Source: Okamejei kenojei
Lineage: Eukaryota
DNA: 64,000 bases
NCBI GenBank assembly: GCA_035221665.1
Contig: JAVHYY010000407.1
Coordinates: forward strand, 1-64,000
Direction: 5' to 3'
Shown: positions 40,400 through 53,645 of the stretch, piece after piece
How positions within the stretch are numbered: the first letter of the stretch is position 1
Layout of the letters: every line of letters begins with the position of its first letter
Made by a program: the position numbers and the translations under genes
Notes under the pieces: generated by a model
What the model was told of the DNA's origin: nothing
Seen by the model: only the letters and a program-made list of their open reading frames with translations
Database searches by the model: none

Positions 40400-40531
40400 N
40401 NNNNNNNNNNNNNNNNNNNNNNNNNNNNNNNNNNNNNNNNNNNNNNNNNNNNNNNNNNNNNNNNNNNNNNNNNNNNNNNNNNNNNNNNNNNNNNNNNNNN
40501 NNNNNNNNNNNNNNNNNNNNNNNNNNNNNNN
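40400..40531. other. Assembly gap within a GA-rich tract
   Basis: 132 N. Confidence 1.
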
Positions 40532-41284
40532 AGAGAGAGAGAAAGCGAGAAGGGGAGAAGAAAGAGGGGAGAGAGAGTGGAGGGAGAGAGAGAAGAGAGA
40601 TCGAGAGAGGGGAGAGAGAGAAGAGGGGAGAGAGAAGAGGGAGACGGGAGCATGGGGATCATTTTTCCACACAAGCCATATGTGACTGTGCAACCTGAAC
40701 CCAAGCACCAAGTGGTAAGCGGCCGAAGGTGCGCATGGCTTGAGACAGCCCCCAATCTTACACGGCCACACGCCGCGGGCTGCGGGTCGAGTGGAGCGGA
40801 GGTGTGGGACAGCGTTCATTCCTCCACAGTGATGTGATGAACGTTTGGTCTGGACCAATCGCTGACGTCCTTCCCCCCAGCAACGTCATATCCGTTATTT
40901 GACGTTTCTGTTGAGCGGCATTCGGATCGTTGACTTCTAGGCGACACCGCCTTTCGGGTAGGTGGCGTTTCGACAGAGCGCCCATTCATTGACTTTGCTT
41001 TTAGGCGATGCTGCTTTTTGGTTAGTTACCTTTTAGGCGTCCCGCCCTTTCGGTTAGTTTGCATTTAGGCGTCCTGTCCGTTTCGGTTATTTGCCGTTTC
41101 GGCCTCGTTTCCATTCGGTTCTTTGGTTTCGACTTATTTGCTTCGGCTTCTCGTCCGTCGGCGCCACGTCCGGTCGCCTCGGGTCGAGACCCTTCTTCAC
41201 ACCGATGGCAGGTGAGAGGGGGTTACATAGATAACGGTTAAATATACTCCAAAACGCAAAGCCGAGACTCGCCACTAGGGCATC

Positions 41285-42050
41285 TTTGTAAACACCTCAG
41301 ATAGACACAAACTGTTGGAGTAACTCAGCGGGCTAGGCAGCACCTCTGGAGAGAAGGAATGGGTGACATTTTGACTGATATCAAGGGGAGAGGGTGGTAC
41401 GTGGATAAGGATGTGTACTGAAAAGGTAATGTAATGTGTGAAAACAGGACAAACGGAATGATGATCAGGGAAAATGTAGAAAAGATCATTGTTAATTCGA
41501 TGAAGGTAACAACAAAGCAAACAGAGATAAAAAGTAGCAAACTTTTTGATTCCCCCTTTCCATTCCCGCACTGGCCTTACTGGCCTAGGCCTCCTCCATG
41601 AGAGAGTGAGGCCAAATGCAAATTGGAGGAGTAACACCTCATATTTCCCTTGTGGACCTTACAACCCAGAGGCATGAATATTGCTTTATCTAACTTCAAG
41701 TAACGCTTGCGTCCCTTCTCACTCCGAACTTCCCCCACCCAAGTCGTTGTTTTAGCTTCAAAAAATTTTGTCGAGGCTCATTGTTGGCTCGTTTTCACCA
41801 CGCCTACAGCAACGAATGGCCTGTTTCCTTTCTCATCGTTACTTTTTTGCATATCTTTCTTTAATTTGTTCTATTTTTCTCCATGTCACCGTCTATATCA
41901 ATCGTTTCAATCTCCCCCTGACTCTCAGTCTGAAGAAGAGGTCCACCTGAAATGTCACGTATTCATTTTCTCCAGAGATACTGTCTGACCCGCTGAGTTA
42001 CTCCAGCTATTTTTGTCTATCTTCCGTTTCATCCATCAACAGTTCATTTA
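41285..42050. mobile_element. Penelope-derived pseudo-LTR fragments in opposite orientations
   Basis: ggagtaactcagcggg...ctctggagagaaggaatgggtgac (-) and ctcagtctgaagaagag...ctgacccgctgagttactccagc (+). Confidence 0.65.
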
Positions 42051-43215
42051 TATACATTACATTCTCCATGTTCATCCACGGTTCCCTTACTTTGTCACCG
42101 TTATTCCTCCATCTTGCTGAAACACGCTGCTACCTCACTTCGATCAAATGGCCGATAAACGACTCCCGGATGTCAGTTGCGGACCCACCCATTAACAGCT
42201 GCTCCCAATCTACCGTTCGTAGGTCATGGATAATGACATTGTAAATCTTGGTGATTTATTTTCGTTTTTGTGCCAGCAATTAGAAATAAAAGGTCTGAAA
42301 AGAGTAGTCCACGATGAGGGTTTATTTTCCTCCGAAGGTTTTCGGCCCGAAACGATACCCATACCTTCCTTCCAGAGGTGCTACCACTCACGCTGAGTTA
42401 CTCCAGCAATTTGCATCTATCGTCAATGATATTGTAATCTGCTTTTCCACAAATAAGCCCATTCCCGCAAAATCCAGACATCTCCCTGTTCAAAACAATC
42501 TTAAAATGAATATGTAGTGATCGCTGCCTCCAAAAACACTCCATCACGGTAACACCAATCAACTAGCCAGACTCGTTTTTAAATACAATGTCCAGTATCG
42601 TCTCTCCTCGTGCTGAACTATCCAGACAATTTAAGGAAGCATTCCTACATACCACCTGATACATTCTGCTCGGTTTTTTTTAGCTCAACCCCTAACGCCA
42701 CAGTAAACCTACATCACTGTGTGTGTTCTTTGAGTACCATTCCCCCTGTTTCGCAACTCACAACTCCACCACCTTTTTGGCTCGTCATATGTGGGGGAGG
42801 GGAGAATTGGGGCGGGGATGATGAAGACAAGATATCAGTATAGTGCAGGTAAATTAAAGGTCATGTAAGGAGAGGCAATACATTGATTTCGAAGGTCATT
42901 AGACTACGACGTGATAGACGTATGTTAGTTAGACATAAAACGCTGAAGCAACTCGGTGGGACAGGCAACATTTCTGGAGCGAAGGAATTGGTGACGTGTT
43001 GGGTCGGCAGCCATCTTCAGTCAGACTAATAGAACGTAGAGACATACATAAAGTAGTGTAAGGTGTGAAAACGGGATAAATAGAATGGAAATCAAGGAAA
43101 ATGTAGAATAGATTATTGATCGTTTTGAGAAGGTAACCACAAAGCAAGCAGAGATAAACTGTAGCAGGACTGGTCGGAGAACTGGGAAGGGAGGGAATGG
43201 AGAGAGAGGAAAAGC

Positions 43216-43381
43216 NNNNNNNNNNNNNNNNNNNNNNNNNNNNNNNNNNNNNNNNNNNNNNNNNNNNNNNNNNNNNNNNNNNNNNNNNNNNNNNNNNNNN
43301 NNNNNNNNNNNNNNNNNNNNNNNNNNNNNNNNNNNNNNNNNNNNNNNNNNNNNNNNNNNNNNNNNNNNNNNNNNNNNNNNN
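43216..43381. other. Assembly gap
   Basis: 166 N. Confidence 1.
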
Positions 43382-43419
43382 TGAGAAGCGGGAGAGAATG
43401 GGAAAGGTAACAACAGTCA

Positions 43420-44970
43420 AGATCGGCAGAGGAGCAGCAGGTGAAGGAGTGAGTGCAAGAAATGGCTGAAAACTTTAATTAGCAAATCGGTAAGTTCGCG
43501 AATTAGTCAATTTATCAGGTAATATAAGCAAGATTTACTTTAGGGGAGCGGCATATCCAGGGAAGTGCCTTATGATAAAAGTGTGAATCTTTGGCACGAC
43601 AGTCTTCGGCGAGGAGGTGAGAAGGCCACGCCAAAAGTTGGAGAGGGTGAGACGCAGTGAAGAAATGACAGATAAGCTGATTCAGTATGATGTTTGCAGG
43701 ATGTGGGAGGTCAGGGACACTGCTGGTTCCTCTGGCTGCTGCAACTGTGGAATGTGTGTCCAGGTTCAGCTCTTGAAGGACCGTGTTGTTGCTCATAAAG
43801 GCAACTGTATGACCTCAGGATCATCCGGGAAAACCACAATGTCCTGGACAGGACCTACAGCGATATCGTCACACCGAAGGCACCGGAGGTGAGAATGTGG
43901 GTAACTACGAGGAAGGGAAGGAAGTTTGGAGTAAAGGATACCACGGGAGATGTACGTCTTGAAAACAGGTTCACCCTGTTGGAAGCTGTCGGGTCAGAAG
44001 ACACCAGCATTCTGAGCGGGGACAGGTCTCCGAGTTAAAACGTGGCGCCGAAGCAATGCCGAAGAGACTTGCGCCAGGCAGGGCCGTGGTAGCCTGGGGC
44101 TCCATTGTGAGCGGTACAGACAGGGGTTTCCGCGGCAACAGGCGGCATTCAAGGATGGGGTGTTGCCTCCCTGGTGCCAAGATCCAGGATGTCGCGGACC
44201 GATTGCAGAGCATCCTCAAGTGTGAATGTGAGCAGCCGGAAGTGGTAGTGCTTGTCGGCATAAATTAGGTGCAGGAGTAGGCCATTCAGCCCTTAAATTA
44301 CATCGGGAAGATTCTGCAGCATGACGTCAGAGAGCGCGGAAAAAGGCTGAAAGGCAGGACGTCCAGGGGAGTTATGTCCGTTTTGCTTCCAGTTCCTCGT
44401 GCTGGTGAGGTCAGGAAGAGGGAGACAGGGAGGTCTGAATGTGTGGCTGAAGAGATGGTGCAGGAGGCAGGGATTTGGATTCTTAGACCACTGGGATATG
44501 TTTTGGAGTAAGGTTTAATTGTACAAAAGGACGGGTTGCAACTTAACAGGCGGGGGACCAACATTCTGGCTGGCACGTTTGCAACTGCTGCACGGGTCCG
44601 TTTAAACTAAATAGTGGGACAAATTAGAAATACAAGGATGATGTTTAAGGGAAAGATAGTATAAGAAAAGTTAACAAAGGCACCAGAATTAACGGGACAG
44701 AAAGCGCACGAAGGGATAGGAAAGTATGGCCATGTGCAATAGGAATGGATACGAACGTTGAGGTGAGTAATGGATTATAAGTATTATACATGAATGCATG
44801 AAGTATAAGATATAAAACCGATGATCTTGATGCTCAGTTAGAGATTGGTAGACATGTGATTGTGGGAATTACAAAGACATGGCTGAAGGAGGATCGAAAC
44901 TGGGAACAGAATATTCAGAGTATTCCGTCCTATAGAAAGGACGGGCAGGTGCACAGAGGAAGTGGTGTAG
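43420..44970 (+). mobile_element. CR1 5' part: decayed ORF1 (Zn-finger plus SGNH esterase) and start of ORF2
   Basis: VCRMWEVR...CNCGMCVQVQLL; GSIVSGTDRGFRG...CCLPGAKIQDV...VVVLVGIN; homologous to 60104-61050. Confidence 0.8.
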
Positions 44971-45176
44971 AATAATTTTGTACGCAACACTTTTCAGTTT
45001 TTTATTTGTAAAAACATTTGAAAACCATGTCCATTGCCCTTCCACTTCACAATTATGCGCCACTTTGTGTTTGTCTATCACATAAAATGGCAATAAAATA
45101 GATTTACGTTTGTGGTTGTAAGGTGACAACATGTGGAAAAGTTCAAGGGGTATGAAAACTTTTGCAAGCCACTCTA
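44970..45176 (+). mobile_element. Tc1/mariner transposon right terminal inverted repeat
   Basis: ccttccacttcacaattatgcgccactttgtg...tggaaaagttcaaggggtatgaaaacttttgcaagccactcta resembles the long Tc1 TIR ending GCAAGGCACTG-TA known from fish and frogs (recognised from memory). Confidence 0.75.
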
Positions 45177-45571
45177 TTGCCCGAGGAAAGCTTCCTGAAT
45201 ACATTCGACAAGCTTCACAGCATCTATCCAGTTGGCACTGTGGCAGTCCTAGTCTACATTGGTAAAGTTCAAATCCCATAGGACTAATGTTGCACCAGCA
45301 TATATGTTCCTCAAATTACCGTTGAATATTGGGGACCTATAATCCATTCGCAGCAAGGTGATCACCTCCAGTTATGACCTATCGCGATTCATTTCCCTCT
45401 ACTTGTTGATTGGAAGCAGACATAATCTCGTGCATTTTTCAACATAATTTTAATTTCAGACCTACATTGCTAAAGCGAAATGTTATATAGGTAAAATTAC
45501 TTACTAAAAGTTATGTATTCTGTAACGCAAAATATCATATTTGATTCAACGTTTAACTATAATAATGTGGT

Positions 45572-45821
45572 CTATTCTTCCTCTGCTGCTCTCTCGAGAT
45601 CGGCGGATTCCAGCGCGCGTCTTGGAACTCCCCTTCCTCCTGCCCCTCTCCCACGTACCAGTGGATAAAGTCCCGCTTGTCGTACATCTTGTCGAACTTG
45701 AGGTCCAGATGGGTCCAGGCCATGGAGATGGCGGTGGTGTTGTTCAGCATGCAGAGTACACGTTGCACCTTGGCCAGGTCGCCCCCAGGCACCAAGGTCG
45801 GGGGTGGTAGTTGATGCCAAC
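45572..45821 (-). pseudogene. Alpha-tubulin last exon, frameshifted copy
   Basis: Acceptor cccgcag then GTTGGCATCAAC (VGINY); [47 protein letters not shown]. Confidence 0.9.
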
Positions 45822-46289
45822 CTGCGGGGGATGGAAAGGGCAAACATTGAATTTCAATACGTAGAACCCACCCTTTCGTCTCAATGAGAAACATGTGAGA
45901 TAGTCTCAGCTCTTTCCCTCTGAAAACCCGCTGCGCGGGACAAATGCAATGCTTTATTTTCCCGCAGGGATGCGTTGTAAGGCGGTAGGGACGCAATTAG
46001 GAAGTTACTTCCTAATTACTACCTTTACCATCAAAATTGGAACTTTTCGTGGAGTATTCTATCTGAAGGATTACGGCAAAATGTGCGAATTCGTCCCATG
46101 GAATCACTACCGTCTCCGCGAACTATCCCAACAATTCCATCTACCCTCAGCTCCTTCAGTGTTGTACCTACCCTGTGCTATTGAGACCTGGTCTCAAGGA
46201 CTGTTGTGTGAACATTACTAGTGAGTATTCCATTAATTGCAGTGATGGGCTCAGAATGGGTTGGGGTATTTATCACTAAGCGTACAGTG

Positions 46290-46400
46290 AGGGCGGGAGG
46301 GAGGTTTTATGTCTAATGCCTCAGAGCAACCGCGCTTCATTTGTCCCGAGAGCCCAATCAGCGGCCGCTATTGCTCAGCGGTGCGCGGTATAAATAGGGA
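46290..46400 (+). promoter_or_regulatory. Alpha-tubulin core promoter (GC box, CCAAT, TATA)
   Basis: gggcgg at 46291, ccaat 46354-46358, tataaat 46389-46395, 60 nt upstream of the ATG|gtgagc exon end. Confidence 0.75.
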
Positions 46401-46448
46401 GAGCGGCGATATCCGCCATCGATCGCCGCAACCACAGAGAGAGATAGG

Positions 46449-48857
46449 ATGGTGAGCCCATGTGACAGAACCTCCAGCGACGCTACGTTCCTTCGAGACG
46501 GGCATCAGATTGGCGGGAGGCGCTCGCCACACAGCGGAGCGCTGACCATTCACCTTTCACGTCCGGTTCTATCTGTTGACCGGAGGTTCCATTCACACCT
46601 TGAGCGGAGGTGTCGGTTACCAAGAAGAATAGCTATACAACATTGTTTCGGCTTATCCACAACTGTGATTTGCCTGTCGACAATCGTTCTCCGTCTTTCA
46701 CCAAATAGAAGTTCGTATTTTTGATTTTTTTATGTTTTGCAATTACGAGGTAAACGGGGGTTGAAATATGTATTACAAATGAGTAGGATAGAGGTGTTCC
46801 GGCTTCTTAGACTGGCGCAATCGGGACGTGTGAATAAGCAGTAAATTGTAAATAATGCCATTTTGCATTTCGTCTTCGTTCCTGAAACCAGCGTGAGTGT
46901 ATTTCCTAATCCACTCGGCGAAGGCAGGGTCAGATCGGCAAGTGCGCTTGCTGGGAACTGTAATTGCCCGTGGAGCACGGGATTCAGCGGATGGACAATG
47001 CCCACCGACAAAGACCATCGGAGGCGGCGACGATTCGTTCAACACCTTCTTCAGCGAGACGCCTCGGGCGGGCAAGCAACTGTCCGCGGGCCGTATTCAT
47101 CGACCTGGAGAGTCCTACGTGATCGGTAAGGTTGAACAGGGAAGAGGGGGGTTATCCACAAACCCTAACCCAGATATGTGCGGTGATCTTGGCGTGTGGT
47201 GACTGTACGCAAGCGTTAAGTTAAATTTCTATTATTCTGTTCCCCTACGCTGGAGGCTACAGACAATAGATTTCACCACGCGGACAGGAACCTACCGGCA
47301 GCTCTTAATGAGCAGCAGCACATCACCGGAAAAGAGATTGCGGCCAAGAACTACGCCCGGGGCCACTGCTCCATCGGCAAGGAGATCGTTGACTTAGTCC
47401 TGAATCGAATCCGAAAGGTGGTAAGTTGATTCGGAACAGAACTTCATATATTTCCTTCGTTACTACCGCACTTCCGGGATCAGCTCCCTGTTGAGGAGCA
47501 TCCCTTGCATTTCTATTGTGCACCGGCCATAACGTCTTACTTTCCCCTCCTAACTTTGCACTTCCGCCATGGAAAATGTGTTCCTTTGCCTTTCATATTT
47601 TTAAACACTTCTATCAGGTCTCCCCTCAACCTCCCATGTTTCAGAGAACAGAATGCAATTCGCTCAACCTCTCTTAATACAGTCGAATCGATGAACAATT
47701 ATTTCTAGTAAATTGCGTCTGCACCCTTGTCCAAGTCCCGACCTTCTCGACGGAAGGCGGAAACCAGAACTGGATTGTACACTACGAATGATGCCTAGCG
47801 CGAATTTTATAAATGTATTTACATTTCCGCCCAAATCTATGGCAGGGCTCCTTTGCATTTACTCGTGGGAAGCCAACGACATTTCCGAACGCAATTTGGA
47901 TAGGTGCGTTGGGCGGGCGCGGGGGGCGAGCCGGCGGAGGAACGATCCCATGGATCATTAACGGGATGCCGAACTTACTTCTCGATCTGTACGGAGTGGA
48001 AATGAAAATAGAACAATCTCGTTCGTTCATCCCAGAGCAACCCACTTGTGCCAATCACAGTTGTAGGAGGTAGATCTCACGAAGGTCATATTCGCTCGAC
48101 CCGCCTATTCAACGATTTCAGCTTCTCTTTCCCCTCACGCTCGATATATCACATGCACGACTCCAGGGGTTCCCCATCCTCCACAGTTTCGAATACGGCA
48201 CCGGCATCCGCTTGATTCACCTCCCTACCTCATGGAGAGACTCTCCGTCAACTACGGCAAAAAATCCAAGCTGGAGTTTCCGTTTTCAACCCGGCGCCGC
48301 AGATCTCCACCGCCGTGGTCGAGCCCTACAACGCGTGCTGGTCACCCACTCCGCACGCTGGAATAGCCTTCCGACTGCTCCTTCATGAGGCCGCCACAAC
48401 GAACCATTTACGACGTTTGCGCGGAACCTGGACATCGCGAGCGCCCTACCTTGATACTAACCTCAACCCGCCTTATGGCGGCAGATCGTGTCGTCCATCA
48501 CCGCCTCGCGGCGCTTATACGACGGCGCCCTCAATGTTGGACCTGACTGTAGTTCCACACCAACCTGGTTCCTTACCCGCGCATACCACTCCCACTCGCC
48601 CCGCGGTGCGCGACCCTACGCGCCCCTGACCCGGCCTAAAAGCTTACCACGATAAACTGTCGTCCCCCGAAATCACCAACCCCGCCGCCCCCCTGCTTCG
48701 AGCCGGCCAAATCAGATTGTGGAAGTGGCGACCCCCGCCAGGCAAGTGCTGTAACCGCGGGATATGGTGCCCAAGGACGTCAAACGCCGCCGACGCCACC
48801 ATCAAGTCGAAGGCGCCTCCATTCAGGTTCTGTGACTGGTGCCCGACCGGGTTCAAG
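46449..48857 (+). pseudogene. Alpha-tubulin exons 1-4 (ATG 46449-46451; 46892-47125; ~47270-47420; ~48140-48857), indel-ridden
   Basis: ATG|gtgag then cag|CGTGAGTGTATTTCC gives MRECIS; [17 protein letters not shown]; [17 protein letters not shown]; MERLSVNYGKKSKLEF; STAVVEPYN; DWCPTGFK|gtgagt. Intron positions match 5-exon vertebrate alpha-tubulins. Confidence 0.9.
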
Positions 48858-50949
48858 GTGAGTAGAGGGTTTAGGATAAGGTGCCCAAATTGGAAGATGG
48901 GGCATTGCCTTCTAAAAAAGCGAATAACCCATGAAATGGTGCATCCATGGCGGATATCAATCAGACTCCCCGCCTTTCATTCACAATACTTAGACATAAA
49001 ACCTCTCCCTCCCCCCACACTGAATACGCGGTTACTCTGAGACATTTTAGTATATAAACCGGCGGATTGTCCGCTGTGATGTTCGTCACAATTAAGCTGA
49101 GGAATTGCACTTAGCAACGAGCAGATGAGCAGAACAGCCAAACACCAACCCCTCCCACCAATCTACATCCCAGCAGAGGGCGGAATCATATACCATAGAA
49201 ACAGGCCTTTTGGCTCAACTCTCTCCTCCTGCCAATACACCAACACGAATCCCGTTTGTTCGGCACTGCGTCCTGATTTAAATCCCACTCTGGCGAAAAT
49301 AATTCTTACAGATATTTTAAGTCTCTACCTTCCATCCATAACCTCTGCTCATACACGCCAGTAGGCCACGGGAAAGAAAACACGCCAATGCCTCTGTTTA
49401 CTGAGAGGAGTAGCTAAATTCGGCATGTCTTCAATTAATCTTCGCAAGTTCGGGATGCATCACAACTTGGCAACCGTTCTGCCAAAGACCGTGACTGACT
49501 GCAGAGGATCGTGGATGTAGCCCAGTCCATCCCGCAGAAAAATCTCCCACAATCTACCATAAATTTTGCCCCTTCAACCTCCTCAGCTCAGTGGACAGCA
49601 AATCCAGCCCAACCGCTCAAAACCGATCCCCACCACTTCCAACACCACCCCCCCCCCCCCCCCCCCCCGTCTCACTGAAACATTCCGGGTAACATCTTGA
49701 CGAATCCCCTTTGTACTCTCCGATGTGCGATCACCTCCTCCCTAAAGTGTGGAGACCAGTACTTTAAACCCGCTTAGAGAACGCGCTTGAAGCATCGATA
49801 CGTGATACCCTAGCAATCGGGCTGAACGTGTCACGTGCTTAATGCGGGGTGCGGGGGGGGGGGGGGGGGGTGGAGGGAAGCAGGGACCTGAACCCATTCA
49901 AGTGGCATGAGGGCGAGCTCTCGAAAAGCCATGTCAGGGAAGGCTAGGGAATGACGTCATAGTGTCAGAGAACTGTGCAGCACGGAAACAGGCCCCTTGG
50001 GCCACCTTATACGTGGGCGAGGAGTTGTGGGGGAAAGGGTCGCAGGCTCCAAGAGAAAATCAGCGGTGGCGGCTGAGAGATGGTGTGGGTGGCAGGCTTT
50101 TACCAGGATCAGCGCGGAATCTGGCCCTGGAACATCGTGTGTCTCCCGATCAGTTTAATACTAACCCGCAGTTTAATATCTCCATATCCCGATCAACTCA
50201 ACCCTGATTCGACCCCTCCCCTACACTGCGGGCTGGGGGAGGTTTTTTACGCAGGGCGATTTCCCGCCCCTCTTGCACATCCACTGATTTGTGTTGTAAT
50301 GCTGATTTACATAATGGTCTGTGATGCTGTTGCAAGTACCTGCACCTCGTCGTACTGGTGCATATCAGTATAAACGCGTTCCTGCTGATCACCTCGGATC
50401 AGCAGGAAACTCGCCTCCGAATGTGCGAAGAAAGAGGTCATGGACTCGCAGAGACATAAAACATGGAAATCAGACCAACAAACGCACCGTCCATGGGGAC
50501 GCAGAATCCCCTTCTATACTAGTCCCATTTGCCCACGATTGACTAAATATCCGGGTAAAAAGTCCCTATCATTGTATCTTCCCAAACATATTTAATTATG
50601 GTATTGTACGTGCCTAATCTACTTCCAGATTAACTTAAAGCATTCTATGCTCGCTTTGAGGACAAGACCAACAGGTTGATGACATCCGTCCCGTCAGACG
50701 CGAGTGTGCCTGTTCAGAGGTCACTGTTGCAGAGGTAATATCGGCGTTCATGAGGGTAATGAGGGGAAAGCTGCTGACCCGGATGGAGTCTCTGCCTACT
50801 TCCTTAATAACTGCGCAGAGCAACAAGCGTGACTGTTCATGGACATTTTTATTCACCCCCTCCTCCATTGAAAAGCAATTTCACAAGCCTTACCGACCAC
50901 TGCCCAGTACTCTTGACATCCACCATCATAGAAATATGGATACATGTAA

Positions 50950-51295
50950 ACATAGAAAATAGGTGCACGAGTAGGCCATTGGGCCCTTCGAGCCTGCACC
51001 GCCATTCAATATGATAATGGCTGATCATCCAACTCAGTATCCTGTACCTGCCTTCTCTCCATACCCTCAGACACCTTTAGCCCCAGGGGCCGCATCTAAC
51101 TCCCTCTTAAATATAGCCAATGAACTGGCCTCAACTACCTTCTGTGGCAGAGAATTCCACAGATTCACCACTCTCTATGTGAAAAATGTTTTTCTCATCT
51201 CGGACCTGAAAGATTTCCCCCATATCCTTAAACTGTGACCACTTATTCTGGACATTCCCAACATCGGGAACAACCTTCCTGCATCTATCCTGCTT
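50950..51295 (-). mobile_element. CR1 3' end
   Basis: Reverse complement of 38920-39260 (IMADHPTQYPVPAFSPYP frame shared with ORF 38971-39198). Confidence 0.88.
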
Positions 51296-51480
51296 CGAAT
51301 GGCTTGTTATGGCACATGCCAACTCCAGTCTATCCAGCGATAATCAACAGCGATAATCCACATGTGATGCTTGAAGTCAGCATCGCCAGATGCATGTGGA
51401 TCATGGAGCTTCTGTCCAACAGACCACAAACAATGATCTCGAACTTAAAGGTGACATTTGACTTTAAATGATATCTTCTA

Positions 51481-51668
51481 TTATTCTCCCTCATCCTCCG
51501 CTCTTTGGACTTCAGAGGAATCAAGGGCCACCTCTTGGTAGTCCTTGTCCAGCGACGCCATGTCGTCCTGCGCGTCCTGGAACTCCCCTTCCCTCAATCC
51601 CTCTCCCACGTACCAGTGGACAAAGTCTCGCTTGGCGTACATATTGTCGAACTTGAGGTCCAGGTGGG
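51481..51668 (-). pseudogene. Alpha-tubulin last exon, 3' half
   Basis: [61 protein letters not shown]-stop; cut off next to a SINE. Confidence 0.9.
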
Positions 51669-51694
51669 TCTATCTCCCTTATCCAGAAAGTGGC

Positions 51695-51852
51695 ATGGTG
51701 GCGTAGCGGTAGAGCTACTGCATACGGCGCCAGAGACCCGGTTTCGATCCTGACTATGTGAGATTGTCGGTACGAAGTTTGTATGTTCATTGCATGACGT
51801 GCATGGATTTGTTCGGAGATCTTTGGTTTCCTCCCACACTCCAAAGACGTAT
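51695..51852 (+). mobile_element. tRNA-derived SINE (HE1/V-SINE type)
   Basis: A box tggcgtagcggtag, B box ggtttcgatcct, V-domain-like ggtttcctcccacactccaaagacgt. Confidence 0.8.
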
Positions 51853-51854
51853 GT

Positions 51855-52225
51855 TACACAGACACAAAATGATGAAGTAACTCAGCGGGACCGCCAGCTT
51901 CTCTGGAGAGAAGGAATGGGTGATGTTTCGTGTCGAGATCGTACTTCAGACTGATGTCAGAGGAGTAGATGGTACATTGATAAAATGAAATCGTAGACTG
52001 TAATACTGGTCAGAGAACTGGGTGGGGGGAGGAGATGGAAAGAGAGGGAAAGCCAGAGCTATTTGAAGATAGAGGAATGGATCTTCATACCGCTATGAGT
52101 GTAAGCTGCCCACGCGAAATTTGAGGTGCTGTTCCTCCAATTTGCGCTGGCCTCACTCTGACAATGCAAGGGGGTCCAGGACAGAAAGGACAGTGTGGAA
52201 ATGGGAAGGGGAGTTAACGAGGTTA
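51855..52225 (-). mobile_element. Penelope 3' end / pseudo-LTR fragment
   Basis: gtaactcagcggga...tctggagagaaggaatgggtgatgtttcg...ttgaggtgctgttcctccaatttgcg. Confidence 0.7.
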
Positions 52226-53645
52226 ACGGCTTGGTGCGTATGTTAAATTGTCCTCAGTGTTTGTAGGAAGTGTCTCGTTCCAGAACGTCACCCATTACTT
52301 CTCTGCATTGAGCTGCAGAGCTCCAAGCACTTTGAACACTCGTTTCATGTTTTCATTAATAAACCAGGTCTTACTTACAGATCCGGAAACTTTAATCGAC
52401 ACACCACAGCCAGGACCCGGACACTGTAGAGACCAATTTCGTGACTGCGACGCAATGCGAGTACACGGAAATGCAAGGACAGAGGCAATCAGGAGCTCGA
52501 TCCTGCCCGCCAGTTCATAAGGCATTTGGAGTTCTATGCTGTTATCAGCTATTTTTATTGACAATTCCCCTTCGCTCTCAGTCCACCATCTGTCATTTAT
52601 TCCAACATGTCAGCCCGCAATATATCAAATATCCGCCCCCATGCAGAGTCACCTTTGACCCGAACCAGCAATATTTTCATTGCTCTTAACCTCTCCTCCC
52701 CTCTCCAATCGCGCAGACGTTAGAAAAGATTGAAAGCATGTTCACCAGATTCAAGAAGTACTCATTCGCCGCTATTACCAAACTGATGAACGGTCCTTCC
52801 ATTAGCTAAGATTATAGTCCAGATATCTCAAGCTACCCCGTCGCGCATATTGCCAAAATATCAGCTGATTTTACTCTGTAACTAACCTACAGCACCACCT
52901 GAACCCGGGAGTCAACCATTGGATCTGGACTTTCTGACTGACAGTGAGGATAGGTGACAACAGCTGCTGTGCGAACAAACGTTACAATTGGTATGCTTGA
53001 GCGACCCGTTCTCAGTCCCCTGCAACAATATTCCAGATACCTCACAACTTGCGAGCACGTTCGACTCTAACCCACTGTACAAGTCTCCAGGTTTTTTGCC
53101 TGGAATTTACAGATTACGCTACTCCCATGGCCCGGATCTATAACAGTGACGAAACTAAGTGCAGGTGGATAGAGCGAAGTCAGTAATGTGGCACCAGGAC
53201 AAAAAACATGCTCTGACTGCCAGCAATAAAAAGGTGTTAGTTATCAAGTTCAGTAACTTCTATTTAAATTTCCCCAATTCCCCCAATTATATCGAAGAGG
53301 AAATGGTTGAGATCTTCGAGATCCTTGGAATTAATAGTACCAACAATCTTCGTGGACCAACCACACTGATGCAAATAGCAAGAAAGGACACCAACAAATT
53401 TACTTCCTGTAGTGTCTGGGAAAATCGGTATGTCTCCAATTGCTCGGGAAATTTCTAAATATGCCCCATAAAAAGCATACTGTCGGAGTGTATCACAGCT
53501 TATTTTGGCAGTTTCAGCCCAATAACGCAATAATTTGCAGAGTTGTAAATGTGCTCCAACCAATCGCAGAAACCGGTGCTACCACCAGTGATTCCCTATC
53601 GACATCCCGTGCCCTCGGAAAAGCAACCAACATAAACAAAAACGT

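Noticed and set aside
50381-50406. 10-bp hairpin cctgctgatc/gatcagcagg as a terminator or ncRNA
   Set aside because: Isolated short stem in eukaryotic DNA with no supporting context.
51695-51770. tRNA gene
   Set aside because: A and B boxes are present but there is no full cloverleaf, and it continues into a SINE body.
49420-53600. Short ORFs between the tubulin pieces as host genes
   Set aside because: No recognisable host domains. Parts (49420-49560, 50630-50930, 52880-53560) look like heavily decayed Rex1/L2-type LINE scraps that I cannot delimit.
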